From positions 31,100 to 95,099 of the forward strand of contig CAZOVY010000004.1 of NCBI GenBank assembly GCA_964583255.1: a stretch of 64,000 nucleotides of DNA, read 5' to 3'. Of the stretch, positions 37,274 to 46,671 are shown piece after piece. This DNA is from an uncultured Brevifollis sp. (GTDB taxonomy: Bacteria > Verrucomicrobiota > Verrucomicrobiia > Verrucomicrobiales > Verrucomicrobiaceae). Under the pieces are notes generated by a model, which was not told the origin of the DNA, ran no database searches, and saw nothing but the letters and a program-made list of their open reading frames with translations. How positions within the stretch are numbered: position 1 is the first letter of the stretch; each line of letters begins with the position of its first letter. The position numbers and the translations under genes were made by a program.

Positions 37274-39361
37274 TTAAAACGCAAAGCCGACGGTGACGTG
37301 CAACATGCCAGCGCCCTCACCTTTGCGGGCACCGACGTTCCGACCGTAGTCGATGCGGATGGGGCCAAAGGGCAGATGATAACGCAGACCTGCTCCAATG
37401 GCGGGGCGGAAGTCAGACGAGTAGCTCAGTGGGCTGCTGTTATTGTCGCGGCCCAGGCTGCCGAGATCACCAAAGAAGGCGAACTCGAGATTGTTATAGA
37501 TCTCGTAACTGAACTCGGCGTTAACGAAGAGTGCGGAAGTGCCGCCAAGTGGTGTGCCGCCAGTCGTTCGCGGTCCTAATTCACGCTCAGCAAAAGCGCG
37601 TACGCTGTTCGGGCCACCATTGAAGACGCGCGTATCAATGGGCACGGCTTCAGCAGCAGCACCCTGGATATTCATGAGCGCTGCCCCGGCGGCAAAGCGG
37701 AATTTTTTCGTGATCGGCTGATACCACGCGCCGCGCAGATCAGTTCGCAGGAAGCTGACATTGGAACCCATGACATCCATGGTTGATTCAAGCCGAGCAT
37801 TGAAAAACCAGCCCTTTTTCGTCAGCACCGGACTATCACGATGATCCACCATCAGGTTCATGCCGATGGTGCCGAGCGTGTAGAGATCTGGCCCCAGCTC
37901 GGCCACGGTCAGCACATCCGTCGTCACCGTATTGATCGAAAGCGCGGCAAAGATCGAGTAGGAAACATGTCGGCTGAGGCGCCGGGACAAGTCGAGATTC
38001 AAGCTGGTGCCATAGCGCGCATACTCGAAGAGATTGAAGCTCTCCACCGCCAGCCCGACTGAGGCGGCGTAGCTTGAATTGAGAAAGGCAGGATCTTTGA
38101 GCTTGATCGAACCGAGTGGGCCAGCGGCGCTCCAGTTGAGTTCAGACGCCAGTGTATTGCCCGAGTCACGCAGATTGGTGTTCTTATAGTTCACGCCAAG
38201 CTGCGGTCCAAGAAACGTGTCAAAACCGATCTCGTAACCCAGCGTCTTCGGCTTCGTTTCTTCACCCGTGATTCGTAGATCCGTGAGCGGTGCTTCTTCA
38301 GTGCTGCGTTTGAGGGTGACTGGTGCCGGAGCTAGCTTCTTCGGCTCCACATCCAGCAGCGCAAACATGCCGGTGTCCAAAGCACGCCGGAACATCAAAT
38401 CCAAATCACCCGCCGAATAGAAAAGCCCTTTCGCCTCGCGGAAACCTGCACGCAGCACGCGCTTCGAGCCACGGCTGAAAGCCTCATGCGGCACCACTTC
38501 CGCGATGCGGTAGCGCTGCCCCGGTTTCATGAGGAATTCCACATCCACCGTGCCACCGATTTTTCCCAGCGTGTAGTCAGCGGTCGTTTCGGCATCCAGC
38601 CAGCCATACTCCTTGGCGCGGCTGTTGAGCTGCGTCTCGATCTGCTGCACGCGCGCTTCATTGAAGGGGCCGCCGGTCACGCTTTGAATCACTTCGTTGC
38701 TGCTTTTTTCCAGCAGACTCGGGCCACCGCTGAAGCTCACCCGACCAAAAGTGAAGACCGGCCCGGCCTTCACCTCCAGAGCCAGATCACGCTTGCCCTC
38801 GGCGTCCAAATTCGCCGCAGGCAGGAGCGTGGTCTCGGCCAGTAAATAGCCCTCAGCGCGCAAGCGACGCTGCACCAGCGAAGCACCCGTGGCCAGATCA
38901 CCACCGACCCACACGGGATTCCGTTTATCCGCGCCTTCCTTCTCAATGCTCGGACGCAGCAGGAACTTGCGCATCTCTTCTGGCGGCAGAGTGCTGTCAC
39001 CCTTCCAGGTCACTGCGCCCACGCGCGTTTGCTGACCTGGAGCGATGGTGATGACGATGCTGTTGCCTTTTAAATCCCAGCGCGTCGTCGCATCCGGCCA
39101 GCCTTCACGGATGTATTGCTGACGTGTGAAGAAAGCCAAATCATCTGCCAGTGGTTCCGAGGCAGTCTTGGCACCTGCCAGCGTCACCTGATCCCGCAGC
39201 ATAGCACCCAGCGTTTCCCAGGCCGCTTCATCGACTCCCTGAACCGTAACCGTGATGCCACCTTCACTGATTTCATGTTCGCTGATCACTGGCTCTGCTG
39301 CGGACAGACTGAGCGCAAGCATTCCAAAAAGAGCCCAGTGTCTGAACGAAAATGCATTCAC
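37274..39361 (-). CDS. Omp85 family (BamA/TamA-like) outer membrane protein
   Basis: POTRA-like repeats, GGPNSVRAF (a VRGF-like loop), GLRY..PFGPIRIDYG and terminal F. Start uncertain (GTG 39361). Confidence 0.88.
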   Translation of the reverse strand: MNAFSFRHWALFGMLALSLSAAEPVISEHEISEGGITVTVQGVDEAAWETLGAMLRDQVTLAGAKTASEPLADDLAFFTRQQYIREGWPDATTRWDLKGNSIVITIAPGQQTRVGAVTWKGDSTLPPEEMRKFLLRPSIEKEGADKRNPVWVGGDLATGASLVQRRLRAEGYLLAETTLLPAANLDAEGKRDLALEVKAGPVFTFGRVSFSGGPSLLEKSSNEVIQSVTGGPFNEARVQQIETQLNSRAKEYGWLDAETTADYTLGKIGGTVDVEFLMKPGQRYRIAEVVPHEAFSRGSKRVLRAGFREAKGLFYSAGDLDLMFRRALDTGMFALLDVEPKKLAPAPVTLKRSTEEAPLTDLRITGEETKPKTLGYEIGFDTFLGPQLGVNYKNTNLRDSGNTLASELNWSAAGPLGSIKLKDPAFLNSSYAASVGLAVESFNLFEYARYGTSLNLDLSRRLSRHVSYSIFAALSINTVTTDVLTVAELGPDLYTLGTIGMNLMVDHRDSPVLTKKGWFFNARLESTMDVMGSNVSFLRTDLRGAWYQPITKKFRFAAGAALMNIQGAAAEAVPIDTRVFNGGPNSVRAFAERELGPRTTGGTPLGGTSALFVNAEFSYEIYNNLEFAFFGDLGSLGRDNNSSPLSYSSDFRPAIGAGLRYHLPFGPIRIDYGRNVGARKGEGAGMLHVTVGFAF

Positions 39362-39548
39362 TAACCTGCCGTATATACGGCGCGCGCGGCGGGTTGAGTG
39401 TGGCGCTCTGTCGAGCCGAAATTCCATGACCTGCCGTCTCGCCTTTGCCAGTGCCTTTGTCAATCCGCCCGCACTGTGCAGCACGCATGATCAGATGTGT
39501 AAGCTCTGCCTGCTTCTAATCGTTCATGGGCGTCCAGCCTGCTGAATC

Positions 39549-41264
39549 ATGAAACTCCTCCTCTCCTTCCTCCTCGCCCCTAGTCTGCTATTCGCCGAAC
39601 TGAGCGTGCCGCATTTCTTCTCTGATCACATGATCCTCCAGCGCGAACGAGCCGCAGCGATCTGGGGAAAGGCGGGCGCGAACGCTGAAATCAGCATCGC
39701 ATTCAAAGGCAAATCGGCGACGACGAAAGCCGCCGCTGATGGCAAATGGCGCACGCAGATCGAAACGGGTGCAGCAGATGCCAATGGCGCGTCTATGACC
39801 ATCACCACAGGCGCAGACAAGATCGAAATCAAAGACGTGCTCGTCGGTGAGGTGTGGTTCGCCTCTGGCCAATCCAACATGTTTTACACCATGAACCGCT
39901 CACAGGAATACGCGGTGCTCATCGCAGAGTCAAAGCACCCGGCCTTACGCATGTTCAATGCACCGCTGGTCACGGCTGTGGAGGATCAAGATGATATCGA
40001 CGGCGTATGGGAGTCAGCGGCACCCGAAACGGTGCCGAACTTTTCCGCCGTGGCGTTCTTCTTTGCGCGAAAGCTGCATCTCGAACTCGGCATCCCTATT
40101 GGCGTGATCAAATCCGCGTGGGGTGGTAAGCCGGTGGAAACATTCACCAGTCGCGAGGCACTAAACACATTGCCCGGCACCAAGGCGCTCGTCGATTCGA
40201 TGTTGAAAGACGAAGCTGGCTACGATCAAGCGAAGTCGGACGCGGCCTATGAGACGAAGCTCGCGCAATGGAAAGCCACGATGGCCGCCGCAAAGGGCAA
40301 ATCGGCCGAGGAACGCAAGCGCCTGCCGAAGAAGCCGGATGCGCCAAAGCGGCCGCTGCTCACCGAGGGCAAGCCGGGTGTGCTTTATGCGGCGATGATT
40401 CATCCGTTTGTCGGCTACACGATGCGCGGCGCGATCTGGTATCAGGGCGAAGGCAATGCGAAGCCTGGAGCCGTGCCGTATGATCAAACGCTGCCACTCA
40501 TGATCAATGATTGGCGCACGCGCTGGAGTGATGACTTCACCTTCTACTATGTGCAGCTCGCAAATTACCACGCGCCATCCACCGCGCCCGGCACGCAGGA
40601 TTCATGGGCGCTATGTCAGGATCGTATGCGCCTCGTGCTCGGCACCACGCCGAAGACTGGCATGGCGATCATCAATGATGTGGGTGACGCCAATGACATC
40701 CATCCCAAGAACAAAAAAGATCCCGGCGAACGCCTCGCACGCTGGGCTTTGGCCAAAGATTACGGCAAAGAGCTGATCTACTCCGGCCCGCTTTTCAAAT
40801 CGAGTTCGGTACAGGGCGGCGCGATCCGCGTGACCTTTGATCAAAGCGGCTCAGGCCTGAAATCACGCGATGGCGGCACATTAAAACGCTTCGAGATCGC
40901 AGGCGCTGACAAGGTCTGGCATTGGGCCGACGCCAAGATCGACGGCTCCGACAGTGTGCTCGTCAGCAGCCCGCAAGTGAAGCAGCCCGCAGCCGTGCGC
41001 TACGCCTGGGCCGCGAATCCTGAAGGCGCGAACCTCATCAACAGCGAAGGCCTGCCCACCTCTGTCTTCCGCACGGACGACTGGGATGATGTCGTGCAAA
41101 AAGTGGACACCGCAGCCGATGCGCGCCGCGTGCTGGCCGACGAGATCAAAGCACTAGCCGCCGAGCGCGCGAAGCTGGATCGCAAGAGTCCCGAGTATCA
41201 GGCGCTCAGTCAAAAATTCCAAGCGCTGATGAAGAAGTTCAAAGAAGGCGCACCGAAGAAGTAG
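39549..41264 (+). CDS. Sialate O-acetylesterase (SASA) family secreted esterase
   Basis: GEVW.ASGQSNM, WGG, WYQGE, VQLAN, IHP.NK and VRYAW. Confidence 0.92.
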   Translation: MKLLLSFLLAPSLLFAELSVPHFFSDHMILQRERAAAIWGKAGANAEISIAFKGKSATTKAAADGKWRTQIETGAADANGASMTITTGADKIEIKDVLVGEVWFASGQSNMFYTMNRSQEYAVLIAESKHPALRMFNAPLVTAVEDQDDIDGVWESAAPETVPNFSAVAFFFARKLHLELGIPIGVIKSAWGGKPVETFTSREALNTLPGTKALVDSMLKDEAGYDQAKSDAAYETKLAQWKATMAAAKGKSAEERKRLPKKPDAPKRPLLTEGKPGVLYAAMIHPFVGYTMRGAIWYQGEGNAKPGAVPYDQTLPLMINDWRTRWSDDFTFYYVQLANYHAPSTAPGTQDSWALCQDRMRLVLGTTPKTGMAIINDVGDANDIHPKNKKDPGERLARWALAKDYGKELIYSGPLFKSSSVQGGAIRVTFDQSGSGLKSRDGGTLKRFEIAGADKVWHWADAKIDGSDSVLVSSPQVKQPAAVRYAWAANPEGANLINSEGLPTSVFRTDDWDDVVQKVDTAADARRVLADEIKALAAERAKLDRKSPEYQALSQKFQALMKKFKEGAPKK

Positions 41265-41285
41265 CTTCGAGTGGCACTCGAAGCT
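41263..41285. terminator. Perfect inverted repeat between convergent genes (possible bidirectional terminator)
   Basis: agcttcgagtg-g-cactcgaagct. There is no U-tract, so function is uncertain. Confidence 0.4.
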
Positions 41286-41292
41286 CGCTGCA

Positions 41293-43896
41293 TCACTTAG
41301 CCCCGTGCTTGTCCTTCAGATGCAGCACCGTCTCATCGGCGGTGTCTGCTTGAATCATGACCAAATCACCCGGCTTGGCAGAGGCTAAGGCAAGATCGAC
41401 GGCTTTGAGATGGCCTTGGATACACTCGATGCGTTTGGTTCTAGGCGCAGACTCAAAGCCCGTGGCGATGAGGCGCATGATCTCACCCGACTCACGACCG
41501 CGCACGTAGTCGCCTTCAAAGAGCCAAGCTTCGTCAAACTCCGCAGCGAGCATCCGGCCCTGCTCAATGATGTCGGAATCGCGGCGATCACCTGCGGAGG
41601 TGTAAACAACGATGCGGTGCTGATTGGTGAATGCGCGCAGGCCGTCGAGCAAGGCTCGGAGTGCATCGACATTGTGCCCATAATCGACGATGACGGTGAC
41701 GCCATTGAGATCGAGCACGTTAAAGCGCCCAGCATTTTGATCCATGCTGGGGATGAATGTGCGCGCGCCTTGACGAATGAGATCGTCATTAATTTCGAGT
41801 GCCCAGGCGGCTGCGACGGCGGCGAGTGTGTTCTCAATCTGGAAGCCGATGAGGCCGCCGAGCGTGAGTGGGATTTCACTCAATGGCATGAAGACATCCT
41901 CTTTCGGTCCCGTGGCACGAATGATCTGACCGCTGCGAATGAAGATGACGCGCTCACCTTGAAAGCGATGCCGAGTGATGACGGCGTTGTCCTCATCAAG
42001 CGCGAAGAAGATCGTTTTGCGCGGATAGGTCTCAGCCATTTTTACCACGAGCGGATCAGCCGCATTGAGCACCGCAGTTCCTGTAGCCGAGACGGCCGCG
42101 ACGATGCACTGCTTGACCTCGGCAAGCTGCTCGGCCGTGTCGATCTCGTTGATGCCGAGATGATCTCCTGCGCCGATGTTCGTGACGACAGCGACGTCGC
42201 AGTGATCAAAGGCCAACCCCTCGCGTAAAATGCCACCGCGCGCCGTCTCAAGAACGGCGGCGTCACACAGCGGAAATGAAAGGATGCTGCGCGCGCTTTT
42301 CGGCCCGCTGCAATCTCCGCTGTCGATCATGCGTGAGCCGACGAAAACACCATCGGTACTTGTCAATCCCACACGCCAGCCGTTTTGAGTCAGCAGATGC
42401 GCGATGAATCGCGTCGTGGTCGTTTTGCCATTTACGCCAGTCACAGCCACGATGGGAATGCGGCCATTGCAATCGGCTGCAAACATCGTGTCGATCACCG
42501 CTTTACCGACGGGCCGCGCTTCGCCCTCGGAAGGATACAAATGCATGCGCAGACCAGGGCGTGCATTCAGCTCAATGATGACGCCATTACGCGGACTGAG
42601 CGGCGCGCTGATGTCCGGTGCGATCATATCGATGCCACAAATATCGAGTCCTACCGTCTGCGCAGCCTCCACCGCAGCCGCACAAATCGTGGGGTGAACT
42701 TCCGCCGTGCAATCAACCGCTGTGCCGCCAGTGCTGAGATTTGCGTTACGGCGGATGAGGATCATGCGGCCTTTTTCAGGCACCGAATCTGGCGTGCAAT
42801 CTTGCTCAGTCAGCACAGCCGCGGCCACGGCATCAATGCGAATTTTGCTCAGTGCCGCCGCGTGATCTGAAGCACGACGTGGGTCACGGTTCTTCTCGGC
42901 AATGAGCTCTTGAATGCTGTGTTCACCATCACCAATGACATGTGCGGGATGACGCCGAGAAGCGGCAATGAGTTCGCGCCCGATCACCAGCACGCGGTAA
43001 TCATCACCTTCAGCGAACTGCTCCACGAGCACTGAGTCACTTTCGGCAAATGCAGCCTCGTAAGCCGTGGTGATCTGCTCGCGGGTGTACAGATTCAGTG
43101 CCACGCCACGTCCCTGATTCCCATCCAGAGGCTTCACCACGACGGGCAGACCTATCTCATTGGCCGCAGCCCAGGCATCATCAGCCGACTTCACTGGACG
43201 GCCCTGCGGCACTGGCAAACCGACTTCATTCAGCAGTCGTCGCGTCAGATCTTTGTCTTGGACGATGTCCTCAGAGATCGCGCTCGTCTGGCTGGTGGCT
43301 GCTGCGAGAATTTTCTTTTGCTTCACGCCCCAGCCCAGTTGCACCAAGCTACCTGACGTGAGTCGGCGCACGGGAATACCGCGCAACTTCGCCGCATCCA
43401 CCATCGCCCGTGTGCTGGGTCCGAGGCAGACTTCATTCGCCAGATCACTCAATTCAAGAATCGCTGCATTCACATCCAAGACCTGCCCCCACAGCGCCGC
43501 ATCGATGATTAGTCGTGCGAGTTGGAAGGCCGCACGCGCCACCGCCTCTTCGTCAAATTGCGTGATGATTCGAAGCACGTGCGGCTCAGATGTTGGCACC
43601 ACTTTGCCAAAGGTGACCTGCAAATCTGTGCGACTCTGTAGATGCAGAGTGATGAGCTGAAGCAGGCTCGCGAGCGTCTGCGTGTCGGGTTCATGCAATT
43701 CACGCACTGGCACTTCGAGCGCCGGCAGCCAAGACACGAGCCAGTCCTTCCAGTTAGGCACGACGCCACTCAGCGGCGGAAATCCGACTCGACACTCCAA
43801 GACCGTATCACGCCCCCACAGATTCGGCCCGCGCAGAGCGTGGATTTTGCGAGCAAGGGTGGAGCGAATTTCGCTGGATGGAATAGTAGAAGACAA
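41293..43896 (-). CDS. cphA: Cyanophycin synthetase, full-length copy with intact ATP-grasp and Mur-ligase domains
   Basis: LRGPNLW, LGPST, KPLDGNQGRGV, NANLSTGG, ELNARPGLRMH, TGVNGKTT, ETARGG, DHLG, GRFN and DYGHN. TTG start. Confidence 0.95.
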   Translation of the reverse strand: MSSTIPSSEIRSTLARKIHALRGPNLWGRDTVLECRVGFPPLSGVVPNWKDWLVSWLPALEVPVRELHEPDTQTLASLLQLITLHLQSRTDLQVTFGKVVPTSEPHVLRIITQFDEEAVARAAFQLARLIIDAALWGQVLDVNAAILELSDLANEVCLGPSTRAMVDAAKLRGIPVRRLTSGSLVQLGWGVKQKKILAAATSQTSAISEDIVQDKDLTRRLLNEVGLPVPQGRPVKSADDAWAAANEIGLPVVVKPLDGNQGRGVALNLYTREQITTAYEAAFAESDSVLVEQFAEGDDYRVLVIGRELIAASRRHPAHVIGDGEHSIQELIAEKNRDPRRASDHAAALSKIRIDAVAAAVLTEQDCTPDSVPEKGRMILIRRNANLSTGGTAVDCTAEVHPTICAAAVEAAQTVGLDICGIDMIAPDISAPLSPRNGVIIELNARPGLRMHLYPSEGEARPVGKAVIDTMFAADCNGRIPIVAVTGVNGKTTTTRFIAHLLTQNGWRVGLTSTDGVFVGSRMIDSGDCSGPKSARSILSFPLCDAAVLETARGGILREGLAFDHCDVAVVTNIGAGDHLGINEIDTAEQLAEVKQCIVAAVSATGTAVLNAADPLVVKMAETYPRKTIFFALDEDNAVITRHRFQGERVIFIRSGQIIRATGPKEDVFMPLSEIPLTLGGLIGFQIENTLAAVAAAWALEINDDLIRQGARTFIPSMDQNAGRFNVLDLNGVTVIVDYGHNVDALRALLDGLRAFTNQHRIVVYTSAGDRRDSDIIEQGRMLAAEFDEAWLFEGDYVRGRESGEIMRLIATGFESAPRTKRIECIQGHLKAVDLALASAKPGDLVMIQADTADETVLHLKDKHGAK

Positions 43897-43989
43897 GCGG
43901 AGGTAAGCCCGATTCGGAGATGCCTGCGGCGAGAAGCAGGGTCAAGGTAAGAATACACTTGGAACGAAACGCCGCATTACGTCTTACAC

Positions 43990-46245
43990 TTGAAATCAAC
44001 ACAGGCCGTCAGATTGACAAGAACCGCAACCACGGGACTGTCCGCCGTCGATTTCGACCCTGCTTTGCCCACTCCAATCACCAGCCAAACTCACGAGACT
44101 CTGCTCCAGCATGCCGAAAAGCAACTGGTCGCTGGTGAACGAGTCATAGCCAGGTTGTTGATCGATCTGGACGCCAGTTTGCATTTCCATGGCGGACTCA
44201 TCGTGCTCACGAACACTCGCCTGCTGCATGTCGAAGTTGCGCACTTTCACGCTTGGAAGCTAGCTGATTTACAAGATCTGAAGTTGGAAGAGATGGGCGC
44301 CACGGCGGCCATCCACTTGATGCAGTCAGAGTCCAGCGTGTGGCATTGGCGGATCACTTCCGGCCATCTGCGCGAGGTGGAGGCTTTTGTAGCAAGGTTT
44401 AAAGAACAGCGCGGCACGGCAAATTCTGACAGTGACGCTACTGAGGACGATGAAGATGTATTTTCCGCTGAAGAACCCATGGCTGAAACCTTCACGGGAC
44501 TGCCACTGCTCCGGCTCTTTAAATTTTCCAGCAAGTGGTACAAGCTTATGCTGCTTGGGTTCGTTCTGACCGTTGCCAGTACAGGCTCCGGGTTGGTCGG
44601 CCCGTGGCTCACGATGTCACTCGTTGATGACGTGCTCATCCCGCTACAAACCGCTACGAGCGACGTGCTTGTCGAGCGTGTGTATCATTTCATGCTGATG
44701 CTGGCAGGAGCAGCGCTGCTGACCTGGGTACTGCAGTGGGCGACAACTTATGTCATCTCGCGCGTGGCGGAGCGCGTGACCAGCCACATGCGGCGAGCAA
44801 CATTTGAGCATCTGCAAAAACTCTCGCTGACTTATTTTAACAAAAAGCGCACCGGGGATCTGATCTCACGCATCGGCTCGGACACGGACAATATCTCGCT
44901 CTTCATCTCGGTCGATTTCATCGACTTCGCCTGTGATCTGCTGACGATTCTTTTTACCGCAGTGATTCTGTTCTCGCTCAATCCAATGCTCGCCCTAGCA
45001 GCGATCGGGCCGCTGCCGATTGTGGCCTGGCTGGTGCAGTGGGTGCGCAGCCACCTGCGCGGTGGCTTTGCTGCAGCGAGCCGTGCGTGGAGTGCGATGA
45101 ACAGCGTGCTCTCTGACACGATCCCTGGCGTGCGGGTCGTCAAAGCCTTCGCGCAAGAGCAGCGTGAGATCGAACGCTTCCGTGAGCAGGATCAGCAAAT
45201 CTTTGACACCAATGACCGTGTGAACCGTACATGGTCCTTCTTTGAACCGACGATCAGTTTGCTGACGGACATCGGTCTGCTCATCGTCTGGAGTGTCGGC
45301 GCATGGAGCGTCGCGGGCGGAAACACCACCGTCGGTGTGCTGACAGGCTTCGTTCTCTACGTGGGCAGATTCTACGGCAAGCTGGACAACATGAGCCGCT
45401 TCCTCGCTTCTGCACAACGGGCGGCGACCAGCGCGCATCGCATCTTCGACATCCTTGATGTGAAGCCCGACATGCCGATCACTTCAGGTATGCGCAAGGT
45501 TGGTCGTTTGAGCGGTGAGATCGAGTTTCGCGGCATCAAATTCCGCCACGGCTCACGTCAGATCATTCGCGGTATCGACCTGAAAATCGCGCCCGGTGAA
45601 ATGATCGGCCTCGTCGGACCGAGTGGTGCTGGAAAGACAACGTTAGTTAATCTCGCCTGCCGTTTCTTCGATGTCAGTGAGGGCGCCGTGTTGGTCGATG
45701 GACACGACCTGCGCGAGATCGATGTCGTCGATTACCGGCGTAATCTCGGCCTGGTTTTGCAGGAGCCGTATTTGTTCTTTGGCACCATCGCTGAAAACAT
45801 CGCGTATGGGAAGCCAGACGCGACACGCGCTGAAATCATCGCCGCTGCTAAGGCGGCTCGTGCGCATGATTTCATCCTGAAACTCACAGACTCTTATGAC
45901 TCGATGGTCGGCGAGCGTGGGCAGCAGCTTTCCGGCGGAGAGCGTCAGCGCATCAGCATCGCACGCGCCTTGATCGTCGATCCGGCGATCTTGATTCTCG
46001 ATGAAGCCACCTCATCTGTGGACACCGAAACCGAGCGCGAGATCCAGGCCGCACTCGATCATCTCGTCAAAGGCCGCACCACCATCGCCATCGCGCATCG
46101 TCTCGGCACTTTGCGAAAAGCGAACCGGCTCGTGGTCGTGGAAAACGGAATCATCAGTGAAATCGGCACGCATGAAGATCTCATGAACCGCAGCGGCACT
46201 TATGCACGGCTGCATCAGGCCATGGTTGAGGTGAACGCAGCATGA
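43990..46245 (+). CDS. ABC transporter (TMD+NBD) with N-terminal extra domain, cyanophycin-associated type
   Basis: GPSGAGKTT, LSGGERQR, ILDEAT and a multi-TM domain. Coupled to the DUF1854 gene and adjacent to cphA. Confidence 0.92.
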   Translation: MKSTQAVRLTRTATTGLSAVDFDPALPTPITSQTHETLLQHAEKQLVAGERVIARLLIDLDASLHFHGGLIVLTNTRLLHVEVAHFHAWKLADLQDLKLEEMGATAAIHLMQSESSVWHWRITSGHLREVEAFVARFKEQRGTANSDSDATEDDEDVFSAEEPMAETFTGLPLLRLFKFSSKWYKLMLLGFVLTVASTGSGLVGPWLTMSLVDDVLIPLQTATSDVLVERVYHFMLMLAGAALLTWVLQWATTYVISRVAERVTSHMRRATFEHLQKLSLTYFNKKRTGDLISRIGSDTDNISLFISVDFIDFACDLLTILFTAVILFSLNPMLALAAIGPLPIVAWLVQWVRSHLRGGFAAASRAWSAMNSVLSDTIPGVRVVKAFAQEQREIERFREQDQQIFDTNDRVNRTWSFFEPTISLLTDIGLLIVWSVGAWSVAGGNTTVGVLTGFVLYVGRFYGKLDNMSRFLASAQRAATSAHRIFDILDVKPDMPITSGMRKVGRLSGEIEFRGIKFRHGSRQIIRGIDLKIAPGEMIGLVGPSGAGKTTLVNLACRFFDVSEGAVLVDGHDLREIDVVDYRRNLGLVLQEPYLFFGTIAENIAYGKPDATRAEIIAAAKAARAHDFILKLTDSYDSMVGERGQQLSGGERQRISIARALIVDPAILILDEATSSVDTETEREIQAALDHLVKGRTTIAIAHRLGTLRKANRLVVVENGIISEIGTHEDLMNRSGTYARLHQAMVEVNAA

Positions 46246-46664
46246 TCGACCTCATCTCCATCCTCCAGCAGCCTGATGTGCTCCCCGTGCGACTCTTTCC
46301 TCTCACAGATCCGGCGCACTGGGTCGCCATACTGGATGCGAAAGGGCATGAGATCGCCTGCATCGAAGATCCGACCACGCTCGATGCTCCTCAACGCGCC
46401 GCGCTCGATGCGGCGCTTGCCAAGCGTCATTTCGTGCCGGTCATCCGCCGTATCGTGGCGATCACACGAGCTCCAGATGGCCACGACTGGCTCGTCGAAA
46501 CCGACCGCGGCACCACGACCTTTCGCATCGAGACGGACGAGAGCATCCAGAGTCTCGGTGGCGGTCGTCTTGTAATCATCGACAAACTGGGCACGCGCTA
46601 TCTCGTGCCAAAGATGACCGACTTAGATCGCGAGAGCCGGCGCAAACTCGAACGCTACTACTGA
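46242..46664 (+). CDS. DUF1854 family protein
   Basis: PVRLFPLTDP, FVP.I.RI, W.VETDRG and D..G.RY motifs. ATGA overlap with the ABC gene. Confidence 0.88.
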   Translation: MIDLISILQQPDVLPVRLFPLTDPAHWVAILDAKGHEIACIEDPTTLDAPQRAALDAALAKRHFVPVIRRIVAITRAPDGHDWLVETDRGTTTFRIETDESIQSLGGGRLVIIDKLGTRYLVPKMTDLDRESRRKLERYY

Positions 46665-46671
46665 CCCATCT

